From Psilocybe cubensis (Eukaryota), in contig CM039004.1 of the NCBI GenBank assembly GCA_017499595.2, forward strand, positions 2,418,001-2,482,000: a stretch of DNA of 64,000 nucleotides, written 5' to 3'. The notes below the pieces were generated by a model, which saw nothing but the letters and a program-made list of their open reading frames with translations, made no database searches and was not told where the DNA came from. The translations under genes were made by a program, and so were the position numbers. The stretch's first letter is position 1, and the number at the start of each line of letters is the position of its first letter. Below, in pieces: positions 13,191 to 27,434 of the stretch.

Positions 13191-14747
13191 AAAAACGTCG
13201 CATTGACTTCACAAGAGTGAAAGCTGAAACTAATTAACGAAATTTTATGCTATTAAGCTTATAAAATCTCTTCTTTATTAATTTAATAGGAAATAAACTA
13301 ATCTATCAAATATCATTCTTGAATGACTTGAATAAGCTAGACTTGCCACACCTTGATTTGTTGAAGTGCGGAAGAGATACAAATTGTATTTGTGTGCTTC
13401 ATCTGGGGCCTTATAGCGTTTACTCAAGATTATCGTCCTATTTTTCTTAAAGCTAAATCTTTAAACTTTCAAAACTAAACTGAATTTCAGATGTGAGAAT
13501 TGCCAGTGTATCTCTTGCAAATGAACAGATCATATGGTTGCTGCCAAATGCGGTCAAAACGGTAAAGAAACCCTTATATTCCCCATCGTACAGTTCACTT
13601 TGAACTATTCTATTTCTGCCGCTCATTCCTGTTCATAACCTGGTATTTCCAGCGACGCGAGGGATCAGATTAATCTCGCCATGAATATTTATCAATATAT
13701 ATTTTGAAATTTGAAGGGATGAAATCTTTTTGCCCTGCCATTAATGTTACTAACTTCTGGCATTTGACGTGAGTTTATCCATGCCACTCTGTAGCCATAC
13801 TGCTCTTGTCATAAAATAATGATACTCTCCATTCTCTTCGTATTGATAAGGATCAAATGGTATTTTCCTACTTTCAGGAATGTTCAGATCTTGTTCCGAT
13901 GTATCATATTTAAATCTTCTGGTCACAGGGCATGGTGTAGAGGGCTATCACCCCTAAGCTTTTGGTTCAATGGCTGACCCGACCATACCCTCTCATTCTT
14001 TGCTAAATTTATTAGCAATGAATAACCTTTGTATAAGATCCATCGAATACGGAAGATGTAACCTTCTCAACATCACGCGCCCTACTACTACTAGTAGAAC
14101 AATCATGGGACCGTTGTACAGAGAAGCCTCGTTCTATTGGCACCCAATACACTATCTCTAGTTTACCATTACTACTAGCTTTTCCGATCCTTAAATCTGT
14201 ATCATTATATATAGCCCTTGAATACGAGATTCACTACTTTTACTTAATATTCAAGCTTTCCGATCCCAAGCACTCATAGAATCAACCCCAGGTACACAAA
14301 GTCCCTTATCATCGAGTGGTGTCAACGGAGTGATGGACAACCGAGTGTTGTAGTGTACCTGTTAATGCTCAGACAAGGTCAGCTGAAGATACAAAAGTTT
14401 ATTTAAACTTCACGTGAATTATACTGTCTGTAGCTTTATATTTTCTTTGATTTTATTGCTCAACAATCGGCGGGAACATTGCGCGTATTGTCCACTAGCG
14501 CCATGCTATTTATATCTGTCTCTGTGGCGCCAAAGTCGTGCATAAGCTTGAAATCTGCCATATTGGACCGATAATCTATTTAGAGCGATTGGCTTGCCAA
14601 TTTAGAGTTATGCCGATTGAATACACATTCAGACTCCCGAACCACGCAATTAAGGAGATTACTCCTTTCACATTCATATGTAATTCCCATTGAAATTGAT
14701 TAGCAACAGAAAAAGGTTCAAATAGTTGTACTTTAAATGAAGGCTCC

Positions 14748-17148
14748 CTAAACTAGTTTCTGCAACTTTAAGAAATCTGGTGTGCCAAGTCCAGTTACCT
14801 TGACATTCAGACAACGTCAGAATAGACGTTAGAAAAGCAAAAAAGAAAGCACTCACAGGATCCCAGCCCTTGCCAGCAGTGAAACCTGTACAGAGTTTTG
14901 AATTAACGGTGGTCTGGACTTGTAGAGAATAAAGGATTACCTGATTGACCGCATCCTGGGTTAGACCCAGATGTGATGTCGTTAAATCCAGACGATGCAG
15001 TCGAGTAGATCAAGGGGTTAATGAAGCCCAGGGAAGTTTTCCCTTGCGAAATGCGGAAATCATTCAGTAATGAAAAGATTCCAGCCACAGTCTACGTATT
15101 CATTAAGTCAGTGACCAATTTAGAATGCTCCTCGCGACTTACAGGCGAACTAGCACTGGTTCCGGCTACGGACTGAACTCTACCGCCAATAACGACCTGG
15201 AATCCCTGCCCTTGTGCCGATACGTCTGGATAAGCACGACCAGTTTTACTGTGAAATAGCAAAAAGAGTTAGGATATAGACTCCTTAATGAATATTAAAG
15301 ACCAACTTGAATAAACCAGAGAATTTAGTTCCAAGGCCGTTGAGGAAAGTATTGACAGCGGTGGTCTGATATGAAGGGGTGGCGAAGTAGCGAGAAAATC
15401 CGCCCCCTGAGAAGCTGATAGCGACTTCTGGGTTGATCCTGGTGGTGGCACCGACGGCCGTGACAAATGGGCATCTAAAACGACGAACACTTTGCCACAA
15501 TTCAAGTTTAGTTGATGTACGCTACTCACGATGCAGGGAACGCTGGCTGGAATTGAACCTTATTGGTGCCGTCGTTGGTTTTGCAGTCGCCACCTCCAAC
15601 ACTTCAATGGGAATCCATCAAAATTATATCTCGAGGTAATTAGTTTAACAACCCACCCTTCGTCACCGCTTGAATAGAAGACAGTTGTCCCGAGAGATCC
15701 CAGGGTGGCAAGCATGTTGCAAACGCTGGTCGCATAATCGAGAGGGACCTATAAAAATATTCAATTGATGGAATCATAAGACCTCACTGCTCAAGTACCG
15801 TCTGTTCATCATCTCCGTAGGATGTAGTCAAGGTCTGAGGAATAGTCTTCTGCGCCAACAAGAAAGTCAGAAAATCGAGATAGGGCTCGTTTGTGTTCGA
15901 GGTGGTGAAGGAGTCTGGGGTGAACGGGGGACTTCCGCCGGTACTAAGAAAACATAGTCAATAAAAATGCGAATTTGAGTGGGCGAAACAGATATACCTG
16001 TAGTAGATGTTTGGGGTAGGGAAAGAGATTCCGGTGGTGTATTGGATATCCAAGTTGGCCTAGAGTACCCAGTTAATTACAGCGATTGTATGTCATATAA
16101 AGCGAAAGTACTCACTTCAACTCCAGGGCTATTCTGATTATTACCCCCTCCATTGACCTGAACGATAGAGAATGATGATCCTACGGCATCTGTGCGGAAT
16201 CTGGAGAAAAATGTCTACATGTCCAAAGGATTGGTAGTAACAGATAAACGTCAGATACATATTTCACGAGATTCAAATTTTACACCACTCACCTGAAGAT
16301 CTGCGAGATTAGCAAACTCTTGGAGGTAACCGGCGACACCCAGTTTATTCGTAGCCGTCGCTTGAGGAACATAAGCAGAGGAATTATATAGGTCCCGCAG
16401 ACATGTAGGTGTGATAGTGGTGGAACAGCTTGAAGGTACAGCGGCATTTGATCCGGGAACTAAAGAAGCTGCCAGTTCCTCATCAGTGATAGGCTTGACG
16501 TCAGGCTGCAAGAAGCTTGTCTTTCGCATGCTGCGAAGGGTCCCAAAATAAGTGGTCGGCGCCACGACGTCGATGTGTGAATGAAGTTCTTGAGGAAGTG
16601 AGTAGCTAAGAGTGCGAATAACCTCCTCTCCAGAGGGACCGTGCTCGTAGACGTTGTATTTGGTATTGAGCATCCTTTCTGCTTGTTCGACGGATACGCG
16701 GAGGGTAATCCAATTCCCAGCTGAAGTGCGTTGGGCCTCTGAGGTGTCAATTCCATGGAACGCCAGCCATTCTTCGACAGCTTCCAAGGAGTCGGGATGA
16801 GGAGCTAGGAAGTTGTCAACCTCCTCCTTTGTTAAATGTTGCGCGTATCTGTAAATTAATCATGTCCACTAAACAAACGTTATTGATATAAGTTCATTTT
16901 TGAGCTAACCTTGAATGGAAAGGGTCACTAATTTCCATAAGGTTGGCAATAAGGTCGTCCATGCCGTGCTGCTTCAAACCAAGCTTGAGATTAAAGAAAA
17001 CGTTGGGGTCTGCCGCCTGTTTGAATTGCCATCCTTTGGGTACCTCAACCCATGAGTGTTTCTCCGCGACGTCATCCCATCTACGAGAAATTGCTTTCGA
17101 TGCAGCCAGCTGGACTGCACCCAGGAGCAGAAATGAGGTCCACAGCAT
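14748..17148 (-). CDS. Secreted sedolisin / tripeptidyl-peptidase (peptidase family S53) with pro-domain, many introns
   Basis: Signal peptide MLWTSFLLLGAVQLAAS; pro-domain (YSLPQELHSHIDVVAPTTYF); ITPTCLRDLYN; catalytic E-ANLD, SSGDEG and GTSASSP; C-terminal GWDPVTGLGTPDF. Confidence 0.93.
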
Positions 17149-19990
17149 AGAAGAGAGAAATCTGCAGTTGTATGTAGGATGAGTGGTGGCTCGAAAAACC
17201 ATTCCGCCACATCCTCATTTATAGTCATTGAGCATTAGCGGATCGAAGTAATGCCATGTATAATTGCTCCTTATCTTTCCATAAACGCATGGCAGAAATA
17301 ATGGTCTGGGGAAGTGATGGGAAGCTAGAAGGTGATCTACGAGGGGTGATGCCAATGAACCTCGAGATGCTGGAAAACGGGAGTCAAAGAAGGCAGCAAG
17401 TGCGCATGGCCAGTCCAAAAAGAAAATCGGAACCACCGATATCATATCTACAATCAGGGTGGTCGAGCTATTAGAGATAATCCGTGTGTGTTAGTGAACT
17501 AATACTGGTTGCGCGCAGACGATAAACACCGTTGCGAATGCAGGCCAGTGAGAAGGACGATGCTAAAAATATACCACCCATGTGCTTCGCGTCGACGAAT
17601 TTAAAAGTGAGAATTTTGCGCAATGCGCAGTGAAGGCTTCCGTCTCCCCCGTTCGATATATTTGAATGCTCACGCGAGCCAATTGAACATCTTGCACATA
17701 TGTGACTGCGAATCATTACAGGATTGCACCACCAAACGCACGTCGTCAAATGTCCTAGAGAATGGGTGCGGGTAAACCAAGGATGAGTAAGGCAATTCGG
17801 TTCCATATCTTCATGTGCCAGAGAATACTGGAATCGCTTCGATCTCGCTTCGAGAATATAAGCGTAAAAGACGGTGCCAAAAGACCACTCATGCTCTCAG
17901 AGAATCTGTTCGCGCACAAGAGTTGCCGTACCAATGTAAGGCCCTTATGACCAGAAAGGACGTCCATAGCTTCTTGATATTATGGTTCAATAGGAAATGG
18001 TGTTCCCTTACTTTTAAGCCCGCCCTACTTGCTCCAACCAAGTCTGCGAAAGATACACCCGTCATTTATCGCTTTCTAATAGTAAGTGGCGTAGTTGAAA
18101 AAAGCCGGTTTGCCGGTCTCCCAATGGATATTTGATTCCAAATGACGAGGCATTTCGCGCCTATAAAGTGTATCCTGCGTACCCAGACATCAACGAAAAG
18201 ATTGTAGTGCTTTTGCAGGTCATTCATATAATAGGAGGCCACCCTAAAATTTAATAAGAAATGATGGATATTCGGAACCTGGCAGAACAGAAATATTATT
18301 TAGTATCATTCTATGTGAGTCATCAGAAATAAGAACATTAATAACTGGAACTTACCGGGTAAAATGAACTTGACTCTTTTACTGAGAACCGAGCTTTATA
18401 ACGGAAGTAGCGGAATAGCTATAAGAGTGTAAATATTGTTTGGCAAGCGAACATGAACAATTGGCATTATTTCCGGTTCAGCCTGGAAAACTTTTACGTG
18501 CGAGCTCGCTAGCTCGTTGAAAGAACTTCTCAGTTAGGTGCTTTGTTATTTCAATTATATTAGGCCTGCTAGGGGGTAATTCTTCCATACAGTCAGCTCT
18601 CTGAATCTAAAGCAGGAGAACGGTGTACCTGAAGGACGCAAACCCATGCTATTGGAAGCTAATCATGAAATTTGGACCCACCAGACCAAACCTCCCTGCC
18701 ATGTCTTGTCAGGCGTGCAATATGTGTTTAATTTGCAAGATGAACATACATGCAAACGCAGGCAATCTAACTATCAGCAGGGATTTCTCAAAGCCTCTGA
18801 TCTCAAAGCCTCTGATGGTCTTTTACTCCGCTACCATTCCAAGTGCAATTTGGGAAGTTCCGGCGGCGGTTCGTGGGTTAATGCAAAGCCTATGGCCTGT
18901 TTGAGTAGATGGGTACCGATACTCAGATTTTTGTGCATCCTTTGTACATGTGGCGGGGCGCTCTAGGGCCGGCATCACCGTAGATAGGTACAGTTGGATG
19001 CATTAAAAAGACAATGGTCAACGTTGGAGGGCTATAGATGTATAAGAAGATTTGCTGCCAAAACGTAGTGAACCTTCATTGTGTGATAAACAAGGTGGCC
19101 AGTGGACAAAAAACTCGATTAGCATCCAATCCGAGATGTTTCTAATTCAGCATATTTTCAAGTTCCGCTCCCACAGTTCTGATTACTTTGAACGTTTGAC
19201 GAAATAGGTTGACAGAAACCAATAAAAGCCGCATACCAGAGCTTATATTCATCAAAATTAAAGAGAAACCAAGCGCGGGAAGATGCGTAGATGAATGGGT
19301 GGTGAAACCGAGCCACAACATTTGTACCAACATATCAGCCGGCGAGCCCAGTGGCTATTATTACGACTGTTAGTCTGCCGCCCACTCTGCAGCAACTAAT
19401 TTTCATGCTCAGTTCAAGCTCCAACTTCCGATTAGTTCAAATCGGGATTATGTCTATTCAAAGAAGCGAAATTTATCAAGGCGGGGGCGGCATTAAAGAG
19501 GTTCTTCATGCAGTCTTTGCTAGTTGCCGTAGTAGGGGGAGACAAGGAATGAAAATATTAACATAAAAAAGCAAAGCATCAAACATTGATATTGAACATG
19601 AATAGATTCACTGAAAATGCATTTCAAGTGGTCGGTTGGTCAGTATACAACAAAACAGGTACTTGCTTACCAGTGACCATGTCACTACTTGCTTTCACGC
19701 AAAGTATGAATTTTGACTACTTTAGGCGCCAGCACCACCAACTGATGAGCATTAAGTAGTATAGTTCCGCGTATCTTCTTACGTAGACATAGTTTTGCGA
19801 GATTGTCGCTCACCACAAAACCTGCCAATACTGCATGTCATAGAGTAGAGAAGAAAGGGCTATAGTACTTATGCATATCGATTAAGTGGTGGGATACAAA
19901 AAAGGGAAGAAGAAAACTAGAAAAGAAAGTTGGAGTTCAGGAACAATGATCACAGTTATGATATAAGATGGCGGACCTGATATGACTCTT

Positions 19991-21201
19991 TCAACTTCCC
20001 ATTGAATTATACGTTACACGTCGCATTCGCTCTAACAATAGCACGGAAATCAAGATATCATCAAACAGACCATGGCCGATTGGCATAATTTCCAATTTAG
20101 CCTCTGGGAAGGGTGTATTCCTGCGCAGTAGCTCGTTCGTCGGAGTAAATTTTGCGAGAGGTTGGGTTTCATGGCCCTGCTTATAGCACTTTGAAGTTTG
20201 ATAAGGAAGAATCCTGTGTCAGTGCTCGGAAACAACAACACGAGAGAGAAAATACGCACTGTATACACACGAGCACCAGGAAAAGCGGGGCAGGCCCATG
20301 TTAGGCGATATTGTTCTTTCAATTTGTTGCCCCATTGGAAATGTTTCTGCAACGAATTAAACATTGCAGGATTAATGTATTGGAAGCACATACGAGGCCA
20401 TTCTTATTGTTTTTGACAAACAGGCCGGGCATTGGATACTCAAATCCCCGTATTGTTACAGTCTCCGACGCAGGTGTCGGCAACCACCTATTGGTACCAA
20501 TCATTCGATAAGCTTGAATCGTCCTACATACCCACAATGTCTAAAAATGATATCACAAGATATATATCGTAACTCACTTAAATCCGCCTACATAATCACC
20601 TTCTGCGTGTCCACCTCTCACTACAGATGTTATGAAAGACATGGGAAAGAAAGGGTCATGGCCAACCGAGATGTGGTAGATTGGTCGGGTGTCCGGAGAA
20701 TCCTGTGTTGGCACCAGAATCATAGCGCTACTGCTGGGCCCTAAGCTCGAGAAGGTATACACGACAGGATATGTAGGTATACGAGCGACGTCATAACTAT
20801 ATAAATAAAGAAGATAGTGAGTATAGATTTAGCAGAATGTTTGAGATTGTTTTTACTCAGGGGGTGGTTCGATGGGCGAAGGTGGCTCATCAACAGTGTT
20901 CTCGAGCTAATTCAAAGTTATATTGCTGGAATCCCAAAGAAAAAGGAGTGTTACTTACAACTAATTGTTCTTCTTGCCCCTGTCCCATGGATATCGTGAT
21001 TTGCTGGCCCTCGTTCAGTGCGTCAGTATTCCATGTCATCGTGACTTCTGCAGAGGTAGGAATTTGAATCTCTGCCGGTGGCATTGGATCCTGTACATAG
21101 GTCGTAAGACTCGAAGAAGAGGAAGCCTGGGTAGGTGGCAAGCTCAATTGTAATGAGTCCTCAGGCTGGCGGGAGCGTCGATAGGAAGAGAAAAGTGGCA
21201 T
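19991..21201 (-). CDS. Agaricomycete DUF6593-like protein, paralog 1
   Basis: S/P-rich N-terminus, AMILVP..PIYHISVGHDPFFP..TSVVRGG..YVGGF, and C-terminal GHGLFDDILISVLLLER. Confidence 0.65.
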
Positions 21202-21519
21202 AGGTCAAGTTGTACGCCAGATATCCCACAGAAATCATTTAAGTAAAGGTTTTGATTTGCATGCAGTGCATTGATAGGCCAAGAAGTGGCGGTGAATTTG
21301 AAGAAGCACTTGGAAACATTTTCACAATAGACAGCGAAGAAAACTACTGTCTAAAATCAGAGGCTCATATGGAGACGGGTTTGTCGGTGTATGTAGCTCA
21401 CGTAAGCTGAACTTTAATTTAAAGCTCCGAAAACTTCAAATTAGACTCCGAGGTCATTTCCTTGTCTCGTCACAGTAGACTCGCTAGTAATCTCGGCTCC
21501 AGATTTTCGGGAGAGCTCC

Positions 21520-22318
21520 GGCGGAGAATGAAAACGGAGTCAAAAATTCTGACGAAAACCGTTGCAAATCGCTCTCCATAACATCTGGTGCAATTGCATC
21601 AGTAAAGATGCGGACAGCCCCTGTTGTCACATCAGTCACACTCTCACTCCCTTTTCATCGCTCAATCAATGCTCCTCATACTCCCCGTTCTCCTTGTTAA
21701 TAGACAATTTACTCACTAATAATCACTCTTGACTTACTGGATGACAATAAATACAATATTATTTGATTTCAGTGCAATCCAATTAAGCTAGCCTTATTTT
21801 GATGTCTTGGTGCATCCACTTCTAACTGACAATTATTCAAGGAGTGTGAACTCGCAGAGTGAGTACCCGGCCTGGTAATGCTGTAACATCAAACCTTTGC
21901 TTTCTACCCTAATTCTACTGTCCCATTCAGCCTAAGTATATTAGATCCTCACACTTAACACTTGAGGTTGGTACCTGTACATACTACACGGGCTACAGCC
22001 GTAGAAGTCTTCCAACGGAAATTTTATAACATTTTCGGCCGCAACTGGGCACTTTACATACTTGAGATCACAGATATGGTAAGATATAATATTCAAACGA
22101 AGAGAACTGTTGTCCTTGGACCAAAAATCCTGACTTAGACGGCGTCAAGTCGATGTGTGAGCACGGCGTGACATGTCCGCATCTTTACTGATGCAATTGC
22201 ACCAGACGTTATAGGGCACATCTCCCCGATCAGATTTTGCAGAATTTTTGACTCCGACTTTGATCTCCGCCTATTAGTCCCGGGCCTCTTGCAGGAGGGG
22301 AGATCGTGCCCTATAACG
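21520..22318. mobile_element. MITE-like / foldback element with long inverted repeats
   Basis: 39-bp arms 21578-21616 and 22174-22212 are reverse complements with 1 mismatch. Outer 17-bp arms 21535-21551 / 22240-22256 match exactly. A second overlapping IR lies at 22207-22227 / 22297-22318. No coding ORF inside. Confidence 0.55.
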
Positions 22319-23333
22319 GATGGGAACGAGACTAACTCGCTAGCCAGTCACGTCTGAGCCACTCTTCCTGATTTCAAATTGTTTGCCTCTTGTTGTGGCA
22401 TTGTTTTGACTGCAAACATCAGGCGGACGTTGAATTTGAGAGTGGCTCAGTTCGGACTTCGAAAATGGGATTAGTCAGAAACGGCTGGGTACGAGCCTAT
22501 CGTCACAGACTCATCTCACAGTCATACGATGTTCACCTATTTGGTACCCATAGCATTCGTAAGTAATCTACTGATTCTTGACTGGAGTAGTTGATATCCG
22601 ATAGACAGATTGATACCAATCCATTGATCATTAATAGTATGTGCCACTATATGTGGTGATCATGCCATACTCTAACGAGTAACAGTGTGTAACATCAATC
22701 CGATGGGTAAGGACCAACGAACGAAAACACAGCACAAACACAGCCTCATAAATCTGGTAAAAATCTCGTCAAAGACGCAAATTGAATATTTGGGCGTAGA
22801 TGGTCGCCATTTCTCTATGTGCACTATTCAGCAAATTTCATCTTGATGCCATTTATCACTTGCAATGAAAAGTATACTCGGAACCTTAGAAGAATAGGGT
22901 CAAAAACAAGAAAATCTTGTTAAGCGCCCTAACTTGCACTCATATCCCATGTTATATTGCTTTATTGAATAGTTATATTGTACTACCCAGCTCTGATTGC
23001 GTCAGGGCAAAATTAGCGCACCATCAGGCTATGAGAAGCCATTTAATACTAGCAGTACAGCCCCCGCCAAGCTTGATTGCTGGATATTGTGTGTAAATTT
23101 CTGTCTGTGACCCCTCGGACAGTATACTCCGACTGTAATGCTACAAAATTAAAGTCCAGTTGATCATGGTATAGAAACTGTACCAGAAGGGTATAATACA
23201 TAAGTGCAATCAGGCTTAACTCAGAGTCACTCTGAGCTAGATTCGCCTCCCGACCCAAGGCTTTACGTTCCCCACGTTCTCCAAAATTTGCCACCAGGGA
23301 AAACGGAACCCTGCCGAAAAATTGAAATACTGA

Positions 23334-24481
23334 TTACGACTCCATAATTCTATGTGGCGACGGAGCCTTCCGCTTTCCCGACTGCACCTCGCTAAGTGGG
23401 TCCAGCGCCGCGGTGAGTCGCTGCCGCTCGAGGAGTAAAACAGATATTACGATATCGTCAAGCAGTGTATGTCCGATGGGCATGACTATCAGCTGCGGCT
23501 CCGCGCGCGGGCTGCTCGTCGTGAGGGTAGCGGATACGCTGAACTCGGCGAAGATACGATTATCGTCTGCGGGATCATGGCACTGAGTAGATTTCTGAGT
23601 TGTGAAGACATTGCGGAAGTCGGCTTGAGATATTTACTCACAGTGAATCTCCCAGCTGAAGGCCAGTCCGGACACGTCCATTGCATGTTGAACACCTGTT
23701 TATTACCCCAATGAAAGCGTTGCTGAAGTAATGGGTCAAACATTGGTTGTTAGCGCGATCCGCAAGCCCAGATTTCATACAAAGACAGCAATAAACCTAC
23801 TGATCCTTGTTTGATTTTTTTCTTTTGAAAAATATCTGTTAATCTGTATTCACCTCCATTGATATAAACAGGTTGCTGTGGATGATTTGGAGAAGAAATA
23901 GCAGTTCTATAGATGATATAAGTTCTTTAATAGCACACTTTTTGCAAAGAGCTCGACATACTTGAAACCTCCCACATATAGCCCTTGTTCGCTAGAACCT
24001 TTGACCACAGATGTTACTAAATGCGTCGGGATAAAAGGGTCGTGGCCGATTGAGATGTGATATAGAGCCTGAGCATGGGTATGGGTCGGGATCAACAGCA
24101 TTGCACTAGCGCTGGTGCCAAGGAGCGAGAACGAGTACGCGAGCGGGACCCCAGAAAGCAGCGCATTATCATACCTAATCCGGTGACGTTTTCCAATCAG
24201 CCACCACAACGACTTTCAGCACTTTCTGCCTCATAAATCCTGGCTTGAGAGAAAAAGTGTACATACGATGGAGGATGACCATCAACCGGAGACAGGGGCG
24301 CCACTACTGATGCCGACGACGGCCCAGAAAAGGAATACGAAGACGGCGACAAAGAATGCATCGGCGAGAGAGGGAATGGGAATGCCGCTGCTGCCGCCAG
24401 TGCCGTCCCCGGTGTCGCCTCACCTTCCGCGCTCTTGGTCGACGTTGTTTTCGTCTGGACGGTAAGTGGCTGGTGTTCCAT
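23334..24481 (-). CDS. DUF6593-like protein, paralog 2
   Basis: AMLLIP..LYHISIGHDPFIP..TSVVKG..YVGGF, WTCPDWP, and GHTLLDDIVISVLLLERQR; intron positions similar to paralog 1; start codon tentative. Confidence 0.65.
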
Positions 24482-25345
24482 TGTGCTATTTTCTTCACGG
24501 GACACTGAGGCTGGGGCCCGGGGTCGATAAGGAGCTGCTTATAGAGGGCTATTTCCTCACTCAACCACCAATGCTCATATAGGGGACCAGGCACCGCCGA
24601 GTTCGGGTTTCGCGTCTATACTCAAATGGTTTCCAGCAGGTGTCGCCTCTACGAAATTGGACATAAATAGAAATTGCGGTGGGAATAGCACCTTGTAGCA
24701 TGGGTTTGTTTGAGAGTTTCTTGAGCACGTACTTGCAGGTAACAAGAATCACAGATACAGCGTCAGGCATCATGGTTGGGTGGCTGGTGTGCACATCGTT
24801 TTGAATTCTCAAGCAGTGATAATGATAGATCAATCACAGAAGCCGCGGAAAGCTACGCTCAATGGTTCAGGTTGCTTTTAATCTTATTCCATGTATTTAG
24901 ATGACGATGATGATCAAATTTTTCGTCTATATCAATTGCAAATAGTGTGAGGTTAGCGAGCAATATTATCAAACTCGAAAAACAGACCGCAATTTGGCAG
25001 ACTGCAAAGACAGCGATACTTGCTTCTTTCTGGCCGGTGATACACAACCCCGGCGATACCTCAGTCGGAGTCACGGTGCAAATAATACTGGGCTTCTTGG
25101 CAAAATTGCGTCCTATTGACGTGTGTGGCGGTCCGTACGAGAGGCGAAGAGTGCTGTGCGAGGTGTCAACCCAGATTAAAACTGCGAAAATTGATGATTG
25201 AGTATAGGACGCTAGATACTCGAATCATCACATCTGATGACAATGTTTACGTTTCAAACAAATCATCATCGTAGCCACTGTCTCCAGGAGGACATGGTCG
25301 ACAGTTCCCCTCCCAAATCCACCATCTTGATCTCTACGCCGTCGC

Positions 25346-26667
25346 CTATAAGGCATTCTTGTTCAATTGATTGTGGGGTGTTGTATCGGATGAAGACATG
25401 GAAAGCAGTGACAATCGCCGGCGTTCTAAGAGCAGGATCGAAAAGACTAGATCATCAAACACTGGTTGATCAGTCGACAACACGGTTAATAATGGGCTTT
25501 CTTTCGGTTCGAGTCGGCGACTAGACGCGTTGTAATAAGCACACACGCGGTTATCGAGGGAGTTGCGACACTTTAGAGTTTGGAGCAAAATTAGATTAGA
25601 AAATCATGTTCACGGGCATGAGAGAGGGCGTCGAAAAACATTATACACCGATAGGAAAATGGCTCACCGTGAAGGTCCCTGGGGCAGGCCAGTCCGGGCA
25701 TGTCCACTGCAAACGTGTTTGAGTGATATCTTTCCCGCCCCATTCGAAAGTTTGCTGTCATTTCGGGAGAAAGGGCGCTATCAGTCATACCCAGAACATC
25801 GAAAACAGGACGTTCTTAACCGGCTTACGTTATTGCCGCTTTTCTTCTTTGAACCCTTTCTGAATACGTCTGATTGCTTGCCTTCCACCCCCCGGATAGA
25901 TATTGCTTGACCGGAATTGTCCCGTTCGAGCAATGTTGTGCTAAATACAAAAGTCAGTTGCTTATCATGGCAAGGGGCCCCCGAGGAGCGAGCTCGGACT
26001 TTGGAGGCTCAGGAGAAGTTTGAATAACTTACTGAAAAGAACCGACGTAAGCGCCTTGATCGTTCGACCCTCTGAATATAGATGTCATCATACATGTCGG
26101 AAGGAAAGGGTCATATCCGACGGAAATATAATAAATCGGACTCGTTTCGCCAGAAGTATGGCGTGGGACGACAAGCATTGCGTTGCTGGTGTTTATTTGA
26201 GAGAAGGTATAGGTTGCTGCAGTATCAGAGGGCGGAGTATTGTTGTATCTTTTGGAGATGTAGCAACACGGTTAATTCAGGTGGATATAGAGATGAAACC
26301 GCACTTACGATGGTGGTCGACTACAAGGTAATGTTCCATTTGTTGCGTCTGCTGCGCTATAGGAACGACTGTGATTCGATGAGGAGGTGTTTGCACGAGG
26401 TCTTGTTCCAAAAATCTGAGTCCCTGCTGTCAACACTTTATTCCAGGACCGTTGTGGGGGTTCAAGAGATGGCCGCGGTGGTGACATGGTCACCGGCGTG
26501 GTATTCGCATTTTGTGCGGCCGGCTGCGATACGGGGTTGATGGTGCGGCCGGTGGTTGGTTGAGTATTGGAGGCCGTTTGGGTCCACGAGGTTTTGTGAG
26601 ACGGCAAAGGAAATGGATTGACTCTGGTGTCTTGCTCTTTGCGGTAGGGTGTTTGTCGCTGAAACAT
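25346..26667 (-). CDS. DUF6593-like protein, paralog 3
   Basis: AMLVVP..PIYYISVGYDPFLP..TSIFRG..YVGSF, WTCPDWP, and FDDLVFSILLLERRR. Confidence 0.65.
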
Positions 26668-27434
26668 CTTTACTGTCGTACCACGTTACGGCCGTCTAAC
26701 GTAAACGGTTTAAAGGCTTTCTACGAAGAGAGCACTAGCTTCCAAAAGATGATTTTGTTGAACTGGATTATAAGGATAAGGCCAACCATGGTACTCACCT
26801 CATAAGAGTTTGTGACAAAAGGCGGGATACAGATGCTTGGGCGTTGAGGTTTGAGAAGCGCTGAACCCTGCCGAGCTTTGGCGAACAACGACACGATGCC
26901 GTTGCGTTGAGATTTTTGAGCGGGTCATGTCAAGTGAGGGCGCCTAAGAATTTCCTGGATAGATAAACATGGGAATGTAAGGAGAGATGAATCGTGGGTG
27001 AAAGATTTTTATTCATCATGTTGCGAGGTCGGAGACAGGAGGCAATTGGGAGACAACAAGTCGAGTATCTGAGCATTTCTTCGCGAACAAAGCCTTCAGC
27101 GCTCAGCGCCCAGCACAGCCACATCTTAATTATCCCACGCGATTCGCCATTCAACAAATCTCTTCAACTTGCACAGGCACGTAGCACACCAATAAATCGT
27201 TGCTTAACCCAAAAATGAGCTATAGACTAGACACAACTGATTTTGCCATAATTTTTAGTTCAGCTTGATTGACATGGAAAGAGTAGGCCCGAAAAGGAAA
27301 GGAGGTGGGTACTGAGCCACGTGTCTGGAGTAAAGACGCAAGCCATTGGTTGTCTGACTAACATTTGACCACACACTCTACTTTCACTACACTCTGGGCG
27401 GAAGCGCCAGTTCTTGACTGAACTGTTGTTACTT

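Noticed and set aside
17256-19566. Short ORFs between the S53 and DUF6593 genes
   Set aside because: No recognisable motifs or consistent exon chain.
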